A stretch of DNA of 64,000 bases from Candidatus Bathyarchaeota archaeon. GTDB lineage: Archaea > Thermoproteota > Bathyarchaeia > Bathyarchaeales > Bathycorpusculaceae. This document shows, piece by piece, positions 19,703-29,501 of this stretch (the stretch's first letter is position 1; the number at the start of each line of letters is the position of its first letter). The DNA lies in NCBI GenBank assembly GCA_963827165.1, contig CAWGZR010000005.1, positions 416,001 through 480,000 of the forward strand, given 5' to 3'. The translations under genes were made by a program, and so were the position numbers. The notes beneath the pieces are model-generated. The model was not told where the DNA came from and did not search any database. It worked only from the letters and a program-made list of their open reading frames with translations.

Positions 19703-21238
19703 TTGACAAATAATAATTTAAATTCACAATACAAACAGCTTTTAGAGAAAACCGAAGATTTAATGGTTCTGCAGACGGCTGAAGGTTTGATTCACTGGGA
19801 CATGGAAACCATGATGCCTCCTGGCGCAGTGGAGCAAAGAAGCATGCAGCTGTCCCTTTTAACCCGTATCAGCCATCAAATGAGCACTGACCCAAAAATC
19901 GGAAAATTATTAACATCTATCCAGGCAAACCCTCTATACGAGTCAATGGAGCAAGCTGAGAAACGTAACGTTTACCTCATAAAAAAAAGCTACCGGGAAC
20001 AAACAAGCCTGCCAGAAAAACTAGTTGCCGCCATCGCCAAGCAAGAAGCAGTCGCGGTGAATGTTTGGAAAAAAGCTAAAGCCCAAAAAAACTTTGCCCT
20101 TTTCAAACCTGACCTGCAAAAAACAGTGGATTTGACCTTGGAAGCTGCGGAAATTCTCATGCCAGTAAAAGAAGTCAAGACGCCGTACGAAGCTTTAATC
20201 GATAATTTTGAGCCTAAGATGAACGCCGAAACTATTACGTCAACGTTTAACCAGCTTCAAAGCGGATTGAAACGACTAATAGAAAAAATTCAAGATAGCC
20301 AAAGTAAGCCAGACACCTCGGTTCTCAGCATATCTGTTCCAGTTGAAAGCCAGCGGCAGATTGCTCAGGTTTTGACTCAGACTTTAGGTTACGATACTTG
20401 TTCGCTTGAAGCTCGAGGAAGAATCGATGAGACAGAGCACCCCTTCACCGAAGGCTATTACGACGACGTCCGAATAACCACACATTATTACCCGAACAAT
20501 TTCGCTAGCTCTATCTTTTCTGTCCTCCATGAAAGCGGACATGCTCGCTACGAGCAGAACCTCAACTCAAAATGGAAGTTCCAGCCCATAGGTTCCCCCT
20601 GCTCGTTTGGCATACACGAGTCACAATCGCGTCTCTACGAAAATCTAATTGGACGATCTAAAGAGTTCTGGACCGGTCTCATACCAAGAATAAAGAAGGT
20701 AGCTCCTAGCCTTGCGAACCTAGAACTGGACAAGTTCGTGAAAGCCATCAACAGGGTGGGGCTTTCTAAAATACGCATAGAAGCCGACGAGGTCACGTAT
20801 AGTCTGCACATAATTGTGCGCTTTGAAATTGAAAGGGATCTTTTCGCCGGTAAAATCAAAGTCAACGAGTTGCCGCAGGTTTGGAACCAAAAATACGCGG
20901 ATTATCTGGATGTTAAAGTTATGGATGATTCGGAAGGGGTAATGCAGGATACTCATTGGGCAAGTGGATTATTCGGTTACTTCCCGAGCTATGCTCTAGG
21001 CAACATCTACAGCGGACAAATATTGGCGGCCATAACCAAAGACATGCCTGATTGGCGGAACCAACTCGCGGCTGGGAAGCTCGACGAGCCGAATGAGTGG
21101 TTGAAAAGAAACATACACGGCTTAAGCAACCTCTACGACCCCGAGGAACTTATAAAGAGAGCGACTGGAAGAAACCTGAATTCTGAAGCGTTCATGACTT
21201 ATTTGAATGAGAAGTACGGTGCGATTTACGGGTTCTGA
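19703..21238 (+). CDS. M32 family thermostable carboxypeptidase
   Basis: HPF, HESGH, GIHESQ, IRIEADE, QDTHW, GYFPSYALG. Confidence 0.95.
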   Translation: MTNNNLNSQYKQLLEKTEDLMVLQTAEGLIHWDMETMMPPGAVEQRSMQLSLLTRISHQMSTDPKIGKLLTSIQANPLYESMEQAEKRNVYLIKKSYREQTSLPEKLVAAIAKQEAVAVNVWKKAKAQKNFALFKPDLQKTVDLTLEAAEILMPVKEVKTPYEALIDNFEPKMNAETITSTFNQLQSGLKRLIEKIQDSQSKPDTSVLSISVPVESQRQIAQVLTQTLGYDTCSLEARGRIDETEHPFTEGYYDDVRITTHYYPNNFASSIFSVLHESGHARYEQNLNSKWKFQPIGSPCSFGIHESQSRLYENLIGRSKEFWTGLIPRIKKVAPSLANLELDKFVKAINRVGLSKIRIEADEVTYSLHIIVRFEIERDLFAGKIKVNELPQVWNQKYADYLDVKVMDDSEGVMQDTHWASGLFGYFPSYALGNIYSGQILAAITKDMPDWRNQLAAGKLDEPNEWLKRNIHGLSNLYDPEELIKRATGRNLNSEAFMTYLNEKYGAIYGF

Positions 21239-21486
21239 ACGGCTGGTGTTTGAGGCGAGGGCATGGGCTTCTTGGTGAATTCCTTATATATGTATATCAC
21301 GAGGTAAACCATGATTGAGCCAATGGAAAGGTAGAGACCGGTGTCACCGACTATTAAACCCTGGATGGGGGTAACGTCCTTACCTACAGATGTGCCGCCC
21401 CAAAGTTGAATGTTAGCGCCCACCACGAATAGTATGAAACCAAGGATGAATGCGGCTAGGCACGCCCAGTCAATCCGAGACATCAT
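21226..21486 (-). CDS. Small 2-TM membrane protein
   Basis: Two hydrophobic helices; GAGG SD upstream. Confidence 0.7.
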   Translation of the reverse strand: MMSRIDWACLAAFILGFILFVVGANIQLWGGTSVGKDVTPIQGLIVGDTGLYLSIGSIMVYLVIYIYKEFTKKPMPSPQTPAVQNP

Positions 21487-21696
21487 ATTACCTCAGAGGA
21501 TGCAACAAATAAAACTCCAAGGTATATAGATTTACCGCTGAAACTTTCCCGGTGAGAAGCAAATGTTACCGCCCAACATTCAATAGGTAAAATTACGTCA
21601 AATATCGAGAATTAAACCGACGGCCCTAAATATTTTTCGAAGCCTCCGACATTTTTATATATAAGATAGTACACAGGAAAGCGCTGAGGAGATCAA

Positions 21697-23145
21697 ATGT
21701 CGGGAGCAGATGTTAAGAAGCCAGAAACTCGGGAAGAATTTGTTAAAGTGTTGACAGAAGCCGCGAAAAAAGAAGTTGATTTGAAAAATAGGCCGACAAA
21801 ACCGACAATCGTCGGAACGGCAAAAGAAATGGACATTCATCGAGATACACTTTATAGTTGGTTGAAAGAATTTAATGTCGATTTTAAAGAGGTGGGCGAC
21901 CGCGTACCGACAGCTATTGCAGATGCCCCAGAAAAAAAATCCGGAAGCATTTACTTAATCGGGGAATCTCTGGTTGGGGAAGGAAACGAAGTTGCACACA
22001 TCGACCTTATGATTGGCAATAAGGATGGCCCAGTGGGGCAAGCCTTCGCCAATGGCATGACAAGCCTGTCGGCGGGGCACACGCCGCTACTGGCCGTTAT
22101 TAGACCCAATTTGCCGTCTAAACCTCACACGCTAATCGTACCCAAAGTAACCGTGAAGAACATGGAGGATACGGGAAAGATTTTTGGTCCCGCTCAGGCG
22201 GCGGTTGCCAAAGCCATCGCTGACTCCGCAGAAGAAGGAATCATTCCACGCGAGCACCTAGACGACTGGGTTATAATCTGCAGCGTTTTTATCCATCCGC
22301 AAGCAGCTGACTTCAGAAGAATCTACCAGTACAATTATGGCGCAACAAAAATGGCGCTCCAACGTGCACTGAAGAATTACCCATCGTTCGAAAAAATGAT
22401 CTACGAAAAAGACCGTTCAAAGCACCCCATCATGGGCTTCAAAGTTCCGCGCCTATGGAGGCCACCATATCTGCAAATTGCATTAGACGCGCCAAATCTT
22501 GAAGGGGCAAAGAAGGTTCTTGAACAACTGCCAGGAAGCGACAGAATCATAATTGAAGTCGGAACCCCCCTCATAAAACGGTACGGCACACGCGTAATCA
22601 ACGAGCTGCGCCAAACCGCGAAAGCCAAAGACAAATTTGTGATAGCAGACCTCAAAACCCTTGATGTGGGCAAAGTTGAAGTAGACATCGCATACGAAGA
22701 CACGGCAGACGCAGTTGTCGCAGCAGGCTTAGCACCTCCAGAAACGCTTGACGCAACGGTTTCAGAAGCCAGACGTATGGGAATCTACGCAGTCATAGAC
22801 ATGCTAAACGTGGAAGATGTTATGGCAAAGCTGAAGTCAATTAAAGATTTACCGGATATTGTCATACTGCACAGAGGCATTGACCAAGAAAGTGGCAGAA
22901 CCTGCGGACTCGAACGCATAAAAATGATACGGGACGCCTTCCCAAACAGGAAACTCCTCATAGCAGTTGCCGGAGGAATCGTGCCGGAAACCGCTAAAGA
23001 AGCCTTGGAGCTTGGCGCAGACATCCTAATCGTCGGCAGATACGTCACTCAGAGCAGAGACATCGTTCGGGCAGTAAGAGACTTCCTTGAACTAACACCA
23101 GCCATGCGTGAAGACATCGATCTCTACAGAGTACACACAGAATAA
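21697..23145 (+). CDS. fae-hps: Bifunctional formaldehyde-activating enzyme / 3-hexulose-6-phosphate synthase with extra N-terminal HTH
   Basis: Fae: GEGNEVAHIDLMIG, GPAQAAVAKA; Hps: PYLQIALD, IEVGTPLIK, ADLKTLD, LHRGID. Confidence 0.92.
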   Translation: MSGADVKKPETREEFVKVLTEAAKKEVDLKNRPTKPTIVGTAKEMDIHRDTLYSWLKEFNVDFKEVGDRVPTAIADAPEKKSGSIYLIGESLVGEGNEVAHIDLMIGNKDGPVGQAFANGMTSLSAGHTPLLAVIRPNLPSKPHTLIVPKVTVKNMEDTGKIFGPAQAAVAKAIADSAEEGIIPREHLDDWVIICSVFIHPQAADFRRIYQYNYGATKMALQRALKNYPSFEKMIYEKDRSKHPIMGFKVPRLWRPPYLQIALDAPNLEGAKKVLEQLPGSDRIIIEVGTPLIKRYGTRVINELRQTAKAKDKFVIADLKTLDVGKVEVDIAYEDTADAVVAAGLAPPETLDATVSEARRMGIYAVIDMLNVEDVMAKLKSIKDLPDIVILHRGIDQESGRTCGLERIKMIRDAFPNRKLLIAVAGGIVPETAKEALELGADILIVGRYVTQSRDIVRAVRDFLELTPAMREDIDLYRVHTE

Positions 23146-23211
23146 AACCGAGCGAAAGCTCATCAACTTTTTCTTTTATTTATTTTTTAATGTTGTTGCT
23201 TCAGGAGAATC

Positions 23212-23545
23212 GCCCATCTATCGCCAACTATATCTTTTGTATGATAGCCTTCTTTTGCCGTTGACTTTTATTGACTATTACTGACTATTACAGACTACTA
23301 TCGACTATTAAAGACTATTACAGACTATTAAAGACTCAACCTGCAACCAATCCAAACCCTAAATCAAAAAAGCAACCCAAAACACAAAGAAAAAAATTTC
23401 CGCGCCGAAAACCCGCCGTCCGTTCCTACTTCCAAAGGGTTCTTCTATCGTCACCCGAAATTTTTCGGGATATTCTAAGATGGTTTGAGATGATTGTGGC
23501 ACCCAAATCAAGCCTAAACCAAGAAAAAACAGCCTAAACCATCCC
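23212..23545 (+). repeat. Composite repeat element, copy A (two modules of 10-bp array plus conserved segment)
   Basis: 8 x nnGACTATTA at 23261-23336, conserved segment 23337-23431, 3 x GAT-initiated decamers 23469-23498, truncated second segment; homologous to reverse complement of 35495-36070. Confidence 0.85.
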
Positions 23546-23625
23546 CAAAGACGGGGGAACCTTACTGAGAGAGCGGATATGGTTTTTATAAACAAAACCA
23601 ATCACACGAGACACACCTAACCATT

Positions 23626-24876
23626 TCATCTAAAAAGTTTCAAAGTTAAGAAGGCAACTAAGAAAAAAACGGCTGTTATAACGAACATTGGGGTGTAGTT
23701 GAGGCTGAATGCAAGGAATGGCCCTAGGAAGGCACCTATGGCTGATCCTAAGCCGACGAGGCCGTCGAAGAAGCCGGCTTTTCCTTGGGGTATAACCTCC
23801 ATTGAGAGGGAAAGCATCATAATGTAGTACATGGCGTAGGCGAACCCCATGAAAATCAGCAAAATTCCCGTCATAATTGTGGGCGCCAAAGCAAACACGA
23901 TGACCCCGACTAGCGCAAAAATAAGTACGCTACGCAGGAGGACAAAACGCGGCATCTGCTTTCGTATATCCATTGAATGTGCCCGATGCGCGATCAGAAA
24001 ATACCCTGTTGTCCCTCCAACAGAGTTCAAGATATATGCGACGTAAACCCAGCTTGTCGACAAGCCTAAACCGTCTCTAAGAAAAATCGGCAACGGAGTG
24101 AAGAACAGGCTCGTTGCAAGAGCAAACAAAACTATCGCTAAAGCAAACCCAGCGAAACTCTCCTCCTTTAGCGAACCGTTCCAACGCAGCCCATCCATAA
24201 GCCTCGAAGAACCCTCTAACCCGCGATTAGCAATATCCATCTTTCTCTCTATGGCAACCAGACGCCTCTCAAAAATCAACAACGGGTCAGCAACAAGCAA
24301 CGCCGCCAAAACCAAAGCCACCACGCTCAAAACGCTGCAGATATAAAACGTGTAATTTGACAAAACAGAGAAACTGAAAGTAGACGCAAAAAGAATTATT
24401 CCCATTGCCAAACCGGAAATTGTGCCTAGTTCAGTTATACCTTCATAAACCCCGAAAGTTCTTTCCCAATCGTTGCGGCTGTAATGCTCTGTAACGAGCA
24501 CATTCTTTGGCGATTCATGTGCCACATGAAGCATTTGCATAGCCACGTACAAGGCAACGAAGACTATTAGATTCTGGGCAAAAGGAAGCGTCATGAGGAA
24601 AAGAATCAGGGCTATCGAAGCGAAAGCAAGAAGAATGAAGATTTTGTAGTGACGTGTAGCATCGCAGAGGTACCCCCAGAGAAACGAGGCAGGAATCGAG
24701 CAAAAAATCGCAATTGAAGTCATAACGCCCAAGGCAAGCAACGGCCCGCCCAAGATACTGGTGTTCTTAAAAGCAATGACATAGAGTGGAATGAAGACGG
24801 TTAGTAATCCGAAAGCCATGTCATGAAAGAAGAACCCCAACCGCCACATAGCAAAAAATGCACTCCTATGTTGCAT
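23626..24876 (-). CDS. MFS transporter
   Basis: About 12 TM helices, WGYLCD motif-A variant. Confidence 0.88.
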   Translation of the reverse strand: MQHRSAFFAMWRLGFFFHDMAFGLLTVFIPLYVIAFKNTSILGGPLLALGVMTSIAIFCSIPASFLWGYLCDATRHYKIFILLAFASIALILFLMTLPFAQNLIVFVALYVAMQMLHVAHESPKNVLVTEHYSRNDWERTFGVYEGITELGTISGLAMGIILFASTFSFSVLSNYTFYICSVLSVVALVLAALLVADPLLIFERRLVAIERKMDIANRGLEGSSRLMDGLRWNGSLKEESFAGFALAIVLFALATSLFFTPLPIFLRDGLGLSTSWVYVAYILNSVGGTTGYFLIAHRAHSMDIRKQMPRFVLLRSVLIFALVGVIVFALAPTIMTGILLIFMGFAYAMYYIMMLSLSMEVIPQGKAGFFDGLVGLGSAIGAFLGPFLAFSLNYTPMFVITAVFFLVAFLTLKLFR

Positions 24877-24998
24877 TAAAGCTTTTGCCTGCCCAAAACG
24901 GACTTGCTTAAAAAAGGCTACTCAGACACGTTTTGCATATAAATCCTTAATAGAGAGATGCCCCAAATTCATACTCCGCTGGAGAGTAAAATCAGCAA

Positions 24999-25403
24999 AT
25001 GGCAAAATTCAAGATAATAGTGTCAGACCCTGAAGCGGGAACATCAAAAGTTGTAGAGCTAGAAGAAGCAAGAGCAGCACCATTCATTGGTAGACGAGTC
25101 GGAGAAACCATTGACGGCTCAATAGTTGACTTACCGGCTCACAAAGTGCTAATAACTGGTGGATCTGACAAAGATGGCGTCCCAATCAGAGGAAACGTAC
25201 ACGGCGGAGTCCGACGAAGAGTCGTCCTAAGCGGCGGAGCAGGCTTCAAACCAGAGAAAAAAGGAGAAAGAAAACGCAAAACAGTCCGAGGAAGCACCTT
25301 AACCGACGAAATCGTCCAAATCAATATGAAAATCGTTGAGAGACCAGGCGCAAAACCCGCCGAAGCCAAGCCAAAGCAACCCGCAAAACAAGCGACAGTT
25401 TAG
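24999..25403 (+). CDS. rps6e: 30S ribosomal protein S6e
   Basis: ITGGSDKDG, GERKRKTVRG. Confidence 0.96.
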   Translation: MAKFKIIVSDPEAGTSKVVELEEARAAPFIGRRVGETIDGSIVDLPAHKVLITGGSDKDGVPIRGNVHGGVRRRVVLSGGAGFKPEKKGERKRKTVRGSTLTDEIVQINMKIVERPGAKPAEAKPKQPAKQATV

Positions 25404-25480
25404 AAGACTGTTTGCTTAAACCTTATAAACTTCTATAGTTCTTTCATAATTCATTACGTTTATTTAGAGAAGAGAAAAAC

Positions 25481-26734
25481 ATGAGTGACGCGAATAAAGT
25501 GCTGCCTAAGCAGCCGGAAGTCAACGTTGGCACAATTGGTCATGTAGACCACGGAAAAACAACTTTGGTGCAAGCGTTAACTGGCACATGGGCTTCCAGA
25601 CACAGCGAAGAACTCAAAAGAGGAATCACCATCAAACTGGGCTATGCGGACATGCCCATTTACAAATGCCCTAAATGTCAACCGCCCAACAATTACACTC
25701 ACAAGCCATACTGCGAAAAATGTGATTCACCCGCAGAATTTGTCCGAGCAATAAGCTTTGTCGACGCACCTGGACATGAAGCATTGATGGCAACAATGCT
25801 TAGCGGCGCAGCAATCATGGACGGCGCAATCCTTGTTATAGCGGCTGATGAACCGTGCCCTCAACCGCAAACCCGCGAGCATCTTGCAGCGGCGGAAGTC
25901 AGCGGAATCAAAAACCTAATTATTGTACAGAACAAAATTGACATCGTAGATCAGAAAAGAGCACTAGAAAGCTACAACGAAATCAAAAACTTCATCAAAG
26001 GAACAGTCGCTGAAAAAGCCCCCATCATCCCAATCTCAGCCCAAAGAAGCATAAACATCGACGTACTGCTCACCGCAATCGAAACAATCATACCCACGCC
26101 AAAAAGAGACGAAACTAAAGACCCACTCATGTACATCGTCCGCTCTTTTGACATTAACAAACCGGGAACCACAATAGATACTTTAGAAGGCGGCATCATT
26201 GGCGGAACAATCGCTCAGGGAAAATTCGTTGTTGGAGAGGAAATAGAGATTCGCCCAGGAATCAGCGTTGAAAGAGAAGGCAGGACTCTCTATGAACCGC
26301 TTATCAGCGAGATAGTCAGCCTTCACGCAGGAGACCAATGCGTGAAAGAAGCCACATGTGGAGGATTGGTAGGCGTTGGAACCTTGCTTGACCCATCTTA
26401 CTCAAAAGCAGATGGCTTAACAGGAAGCATTGCAGGAAAAGTTGGAATGCTTCCACCTACTCTTACAGAGATCACATTAGAAACCCATGTGTTGGAACGA
26501 GCAGTTGGAACAAAAGAATTGCTTAAAGTCGAGAAATTCAACCCAGACGAGCAACTTTTGCTTCACATTGGAGCGGCTGTAAATGTCGGTAAAATCCTCA
26601 GCATAAAGCAAAACGTCATAAAAGTGAAGCTGACAAGACCAATTTGCGCCCTTCCGGGTTCAAGAGTTGCCATAAGCAGAAAAATCACTGCGCGCTGGAG
26701 ACTCATCGGATACGGACTCATAGTGACGAAGTAA
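25481..26734 (+). CDS. eif2g: Translation initiation factor aIF2 gamma
   Basis: GHVDHGKT, EELKRGITIKLGYA, DAPGHE, NKID, WRLIGYG. Confidence 0.97.
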   Translation: MSDANKVLPKQPEVNVGTIGHVDHGKTTLVQALTGTWASRHSEELKRGITIKLGYADMPIYKCPKCQPPNNYTHKPYCEKCDSPAEFVRAISFVDAPGHEALMATMLSGAAIMDGAILVIAADEPCPQPQTREHLAAAEVSGIKNLIIVQNKIDIVDQKRALESYNEIKNFIKGTVAEKAPIIPISAQRSINIDVLLTAIETIIPTPKRDETKDPLMYIVRSFDINKPGTTIDTLEGGIIGGTIAQGKFVVGEEIEIRPGISVEREGRTLYEPLISEIVSLHAGDQCVKEATCGGLVGVGTLLDPSYSKADGLTGSIAGKVGMLPPTLTEITLETHVLERAVGTKELLKVEKFNPDEQLLLHIGAAVNVGKILSIKQNVIKVKLTRPICALPGSRVAISRKITARWRLIGYGLIVTK

Positions 26735-26735
26735 G

Positions 26736-27176
26736 TCAATATTCTACGGGTTGTATTATTCCTTTTTTCTTCAGAAAATCTTGCGCTTTCTGCAAAACAT
26801 CTTTGGAGTTTTTGAAACTTAATTTCTCCAAAGCATGTTTGTAATCCAGCCAAATGTAACCTACATGTTCAAAAGACAATTCTACCTTGTCGGTGAAGGC
26901 TTCCATAACGAAGAAGACCACTTCTTTATGGACAGTCAACCCTTGTCGCCTATAGAAGTAGGCGATAGCTTCCCTAAAGTCGTCTATAAACTGTGCGCCA
27001 GTTATGCTTGTTTCCTCTTGTAATTCACGCACAACAGTCTGTTTCTCACTTTCGTTAACTTCGACGTTACCCTTTACGAAATCCCAATGCCCAGCTGCAT
27101 AGTTCAAAAGAAGATATTTCGCGGTATCATCTTTTCTTATGAATACCACTGCACCGCAGGATTTTTCGCGAAGCAT
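26736..27176 (-). CDS. NUDIX hydrolase (Ap4A hydrolase-like)
   Basis: HWDFVKG...RELQEET Nudix box, LSFEH. Confidence 0.9.
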   Translation of the reverse strand: MLREKSCGAVVFIRKDDTAKYLLLNYAAGHWDFVKGNVEVNESEKQTVVRELQEETSITGAQFIDDFREAIAYFYRRQGLTVHKEVVFFVMEAFTDKVELSFEHVGYIWLDYKHALEKLSFKNSKDVLQKAQDFLKKKGIIQPVEY

Positions 27177-27335
27177 ACATTCACCTGACTGCTGCTCAAA
27201 TCATTTACTCAAGCTATTTAAATTAACTGTTAATTCGGGGATCCATCAGATACATCAAATAGGAAAGAAACGAGATTAACAAAATGTTTAAGCAGACAAA
27301 AAACAATCTTTCCGAGAGATCAGGGGCCACGTAAC

Positions 27336-27758
27336 GTGTCAAACCCGCACAAGTCAAACGAACCGCTAAAAATTATCTTGGATTCAAACGCGTTTTTTAT
27401 TCAGCTAGAATTGAAAATCGACGTCTTCGAGGAAACAAAACGCTTGCTGAACAGAAATCTCGATTTTATCCTGCTCTCACCAGTTAAAAATGAGCTTGAG
27501 TTGTTGGCAACCAAGGATTCGCTAAAAACACGCAGAGAAGCCGCATATGCATTGAAGCTATCTGAAAAATGCAGGCTTGTCGCCGTTGAAAACTCCGAAA
27601 AAATGGCAACTGACGATGTAATACTCAAGGTTTCTAAGGCATGGAATGCGCCCGTGTTCACAAATGATAGACAACTAAGGAAGAGGCTAAAAGATATAAG
27701 TGTGCCAGTGATTTATGTGAGACAAAAATCGCGCCTAGATATTGACGGATTGATATAA
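27336..27758 (+). CDS. PIN-domain protein (Fcf1/Utp24-like)
   Basis: ILDSN, TDD, TNDRQLR; conserved position before rpoE. Confidence 0.88.
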   Translation: MSNPHKSNEPLKIILDSNAFFIQLELKIDVFEETKRLLNRNLDFILLSPVKNELELLATKDSLKTRREAAYALKLSEKCRLVAVENSEKMATDDVILKVSKAWNAPVFTNDRQLRKRLKDISVPVIYVRQKSRLDIDGLI

Positions 27759-27760
27759 CT

Positions 27761-28348
27761 ATGTTTAAGCTGATAACTCTTCAGGATACTATCCGCATTC
27801 CTCCAGAAACCTTTGGCAACCCTCTAGAAAAGGTTGGCCGTGAACAGGTAAAACAGAAGTATGAAGGTGTCGTCGACGAGGAGTTGGGATACGTAATCGC
27901 AGTCACAACAATTGAAGTGAGCCCCATCGGAAAAATTATCCCAGGCGACGGAGCAACATACCACAAAGTATCATTCTCCCTACTAACATTCTATCCGGTA
28001 ATCCAAGAAATCGTAGAAGGCGACGTAGTTGAAATCGCAGATTTCGGAGCTTTCCTTCGAATAGGACCAGTAGACGCTCTCCTTCACGTTTCGCAACTCA
28101 TGGATGACTACATCTCATACGATGAAAAACAAGGAGTCCTGCTTGGGAAAGAAAGCAAAAGAAAGCTGCAGGCAGGTGATCAAGTGCGCGTTAGAATAAC
28201 TGCCGTTTCACTTGGGCGAGCTGGAAGCTCAGGAAAGATCGGTGTAACAGCCAGGCAACCATTCCTAGGTAAACTAGATTGGTTAAAGGAACCATTTGGA
28301 GCTCCAGTTGAAAAGAAACAAGTGGAACCTAAAGAGAAAACAGAGTAA
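27761..28348 (+). CDS. rpoE1: RNA polymerase subunit E' (Rpo7)
   Basis: IRIPP, IIPGDGA, FGAFLRIGPVDALLHVSQ, RQPFLGK. Confidence 0.96.
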   Translation: MFKLITLQDTIRIPPETFGNPLEKVGREQVKQKYEGVVDEELGYVIAVTTIEVSPIGKIIPGDGATYHKVSFSLLTFYPVIQEIVEGDVVEIADFGAFLRIGPVDALLHVSQLMDDYISYDEKQGVLLGKESKRKLQAGDQVRVRITAVSLGRAGSSGKIGVTARQPFLGKLDWLKEPFGAPVEKKQVEPKEKTE

Positions 28349-28363
28349 AGGAGCGAAATGTAA

Positions 28364-28549
28364 TTGAGTGAAAAAGCATGCGCTAACTGTCATTTCATAA
28401 CGAAAGAAAATGTGTGTCCAAAATGTCGCTCGACAAGCTTCAGTGAAGACTACAGCGGCCTAGTCGTAATGTTTGACCCTGAGACCTCAGCAATCGCCAA
28501 AGCCATGAACATCAAAGAGAAAGGCAGATATGCCCTAAAAGTACGTTAA
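28364..28549 (+). CDS. spt4: Transcription elongation factor Spt4 (RpoE'')
   Basis: CANC..CPKC, GRYALKVR. Confidence 0.95.
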   Translation: MSEKACANCHFITKENVCPKCRSTSFSEDYSGLVVMFDPETSAIAKAMNIKEKGRYALKVR

Positions 28550-28616
28550 CCATTTTTTTAAAGTAATAAGTTCATAGCCCAAAAGACTCTTCTCTTTGGG
28601 TCAAGAGGTTGAAGCG

Positions 28617-29165
28617 ATGACTGTAGAATACGCGTTAACACCTGAACTTCGAATCAAACTTAAAGACCCCTTCGGCACCCTTATTCGAGGCACATTCGAC
28701 GAAACAATGGCTAAAATGAAGCAGTTAATCAAAGAAGAGAAGCCGCCCAAACTAATTTCAGTCGGAGATGTAGTTTCCGTCAACCTTCACAAGCACAGAA
28801 TTAACCCACAATTGACAATAATCGATAACAAGTCCCTTAGAAGTCAAGCGATGCCGGAAACGGCCAAAGTGGAAAAAACCATCTGTGTCGTTAATCCCCA
28901 AGGAACGATAACCAAGGAAGCAGCGGCAGCGGTCAAGGATGCTTTAGATAAGAATGAACACACGCACATCGTTATCGATGGCGAAGAAGACTTACTAACG
29001 TTGATCGCGGTTTATTATGCTCCTGAAAACTCTTTTGTAGTGTATGGTCAACCCTACACAGGAATTGTTCTCGTCAAGGTTACTCAGCAGAAAAAATGTC
29101 AGGTTGAGAAATTTCTAAAATCCATGCAAGTCTTCGAAAAGCTAAATAGGAAGAAGATTGTTTGA
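28617..29165 (+). CDS. GTP-dependent dephospho-CoA kinase (DUF359)
   Basis: VGDVVS, DGEEDLL, YGQP. Confidence 0.9.
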   Translation: MTVEYALTPELRIKLKDPFGTLIRGTFDETMAKMKQLIKEEKPPKLISVGDVVSVNLHKHRINPQLTIIDNKSLRSQAMPETAKVEKTICVVNPQGTITKEAAAAVKDALDKNEHTHIVIDGEEDLLTLIAVYYAPENSFVVYGQPYTGIVLVKVTQQKKCQVEKFLKSMQVFEKLNRKKIV

Positions 29166-29189
29166 ACTAACCGCTTTAAGTGAACATTT

Positions 29190-29501
29190 ATGCAGATAAA
29201 AGTAGATTCAAGCAAGGATAACCCGCTTCTGAAGCGAAGAGAGGTAGGCTTCACAATAATTATGGGTCCCAAAGAGAAGACTCCGCCGAGGCTTCAAGTC
29301 AAGACAGCTTTAGCTATGGAGATGAAAATTGGGGACGACGTGGTGTTCATTAAGAGGATGCACACAAAAACCGGAACAAACATTACACAAGGAGACGCGA
29401 ACGTTTACCAAAAAGCAGAGCAGGCCAAAATAGTTGAGCCTGAATACATCCGCAAACGCAACAGTCCACCTGAGAAACCCAAAGAAGAGGCGACAGCATA
29501 A
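29190..29501 (+). CDS. rps24e: 30S ribosomal protein S24e
   Basis: NPLLKRREV, EPEYIRKRN. Confidence 0.95.
   Translation: MQIKVDSSKDNPLLKRREVGFTIIMGPKEKTPPRLQVKTALAMEMKIGDDVVFIKRMHTKTGTNITQGDANVYQKAEQAKIVEPEYIRKRNSPPEKPKEEATA

Noticed and set aside
23261-23336. CRISPR interpretation of the tandem arrays (also 35911-36020)
   Set aside because: Units are 10 bp and contiguous, with no 25-45 bp repeats, no spacers and no cas genes in the window
23271-23537. 88-aa ORF spanning repeat copy A (and ORFs 23359-23601 and 35673-35921)
   Set aside because: The homologous copy B has a 1-nt indel and many non-synonymous changes, so the frame is not conserved; likely a by-product of the repeat
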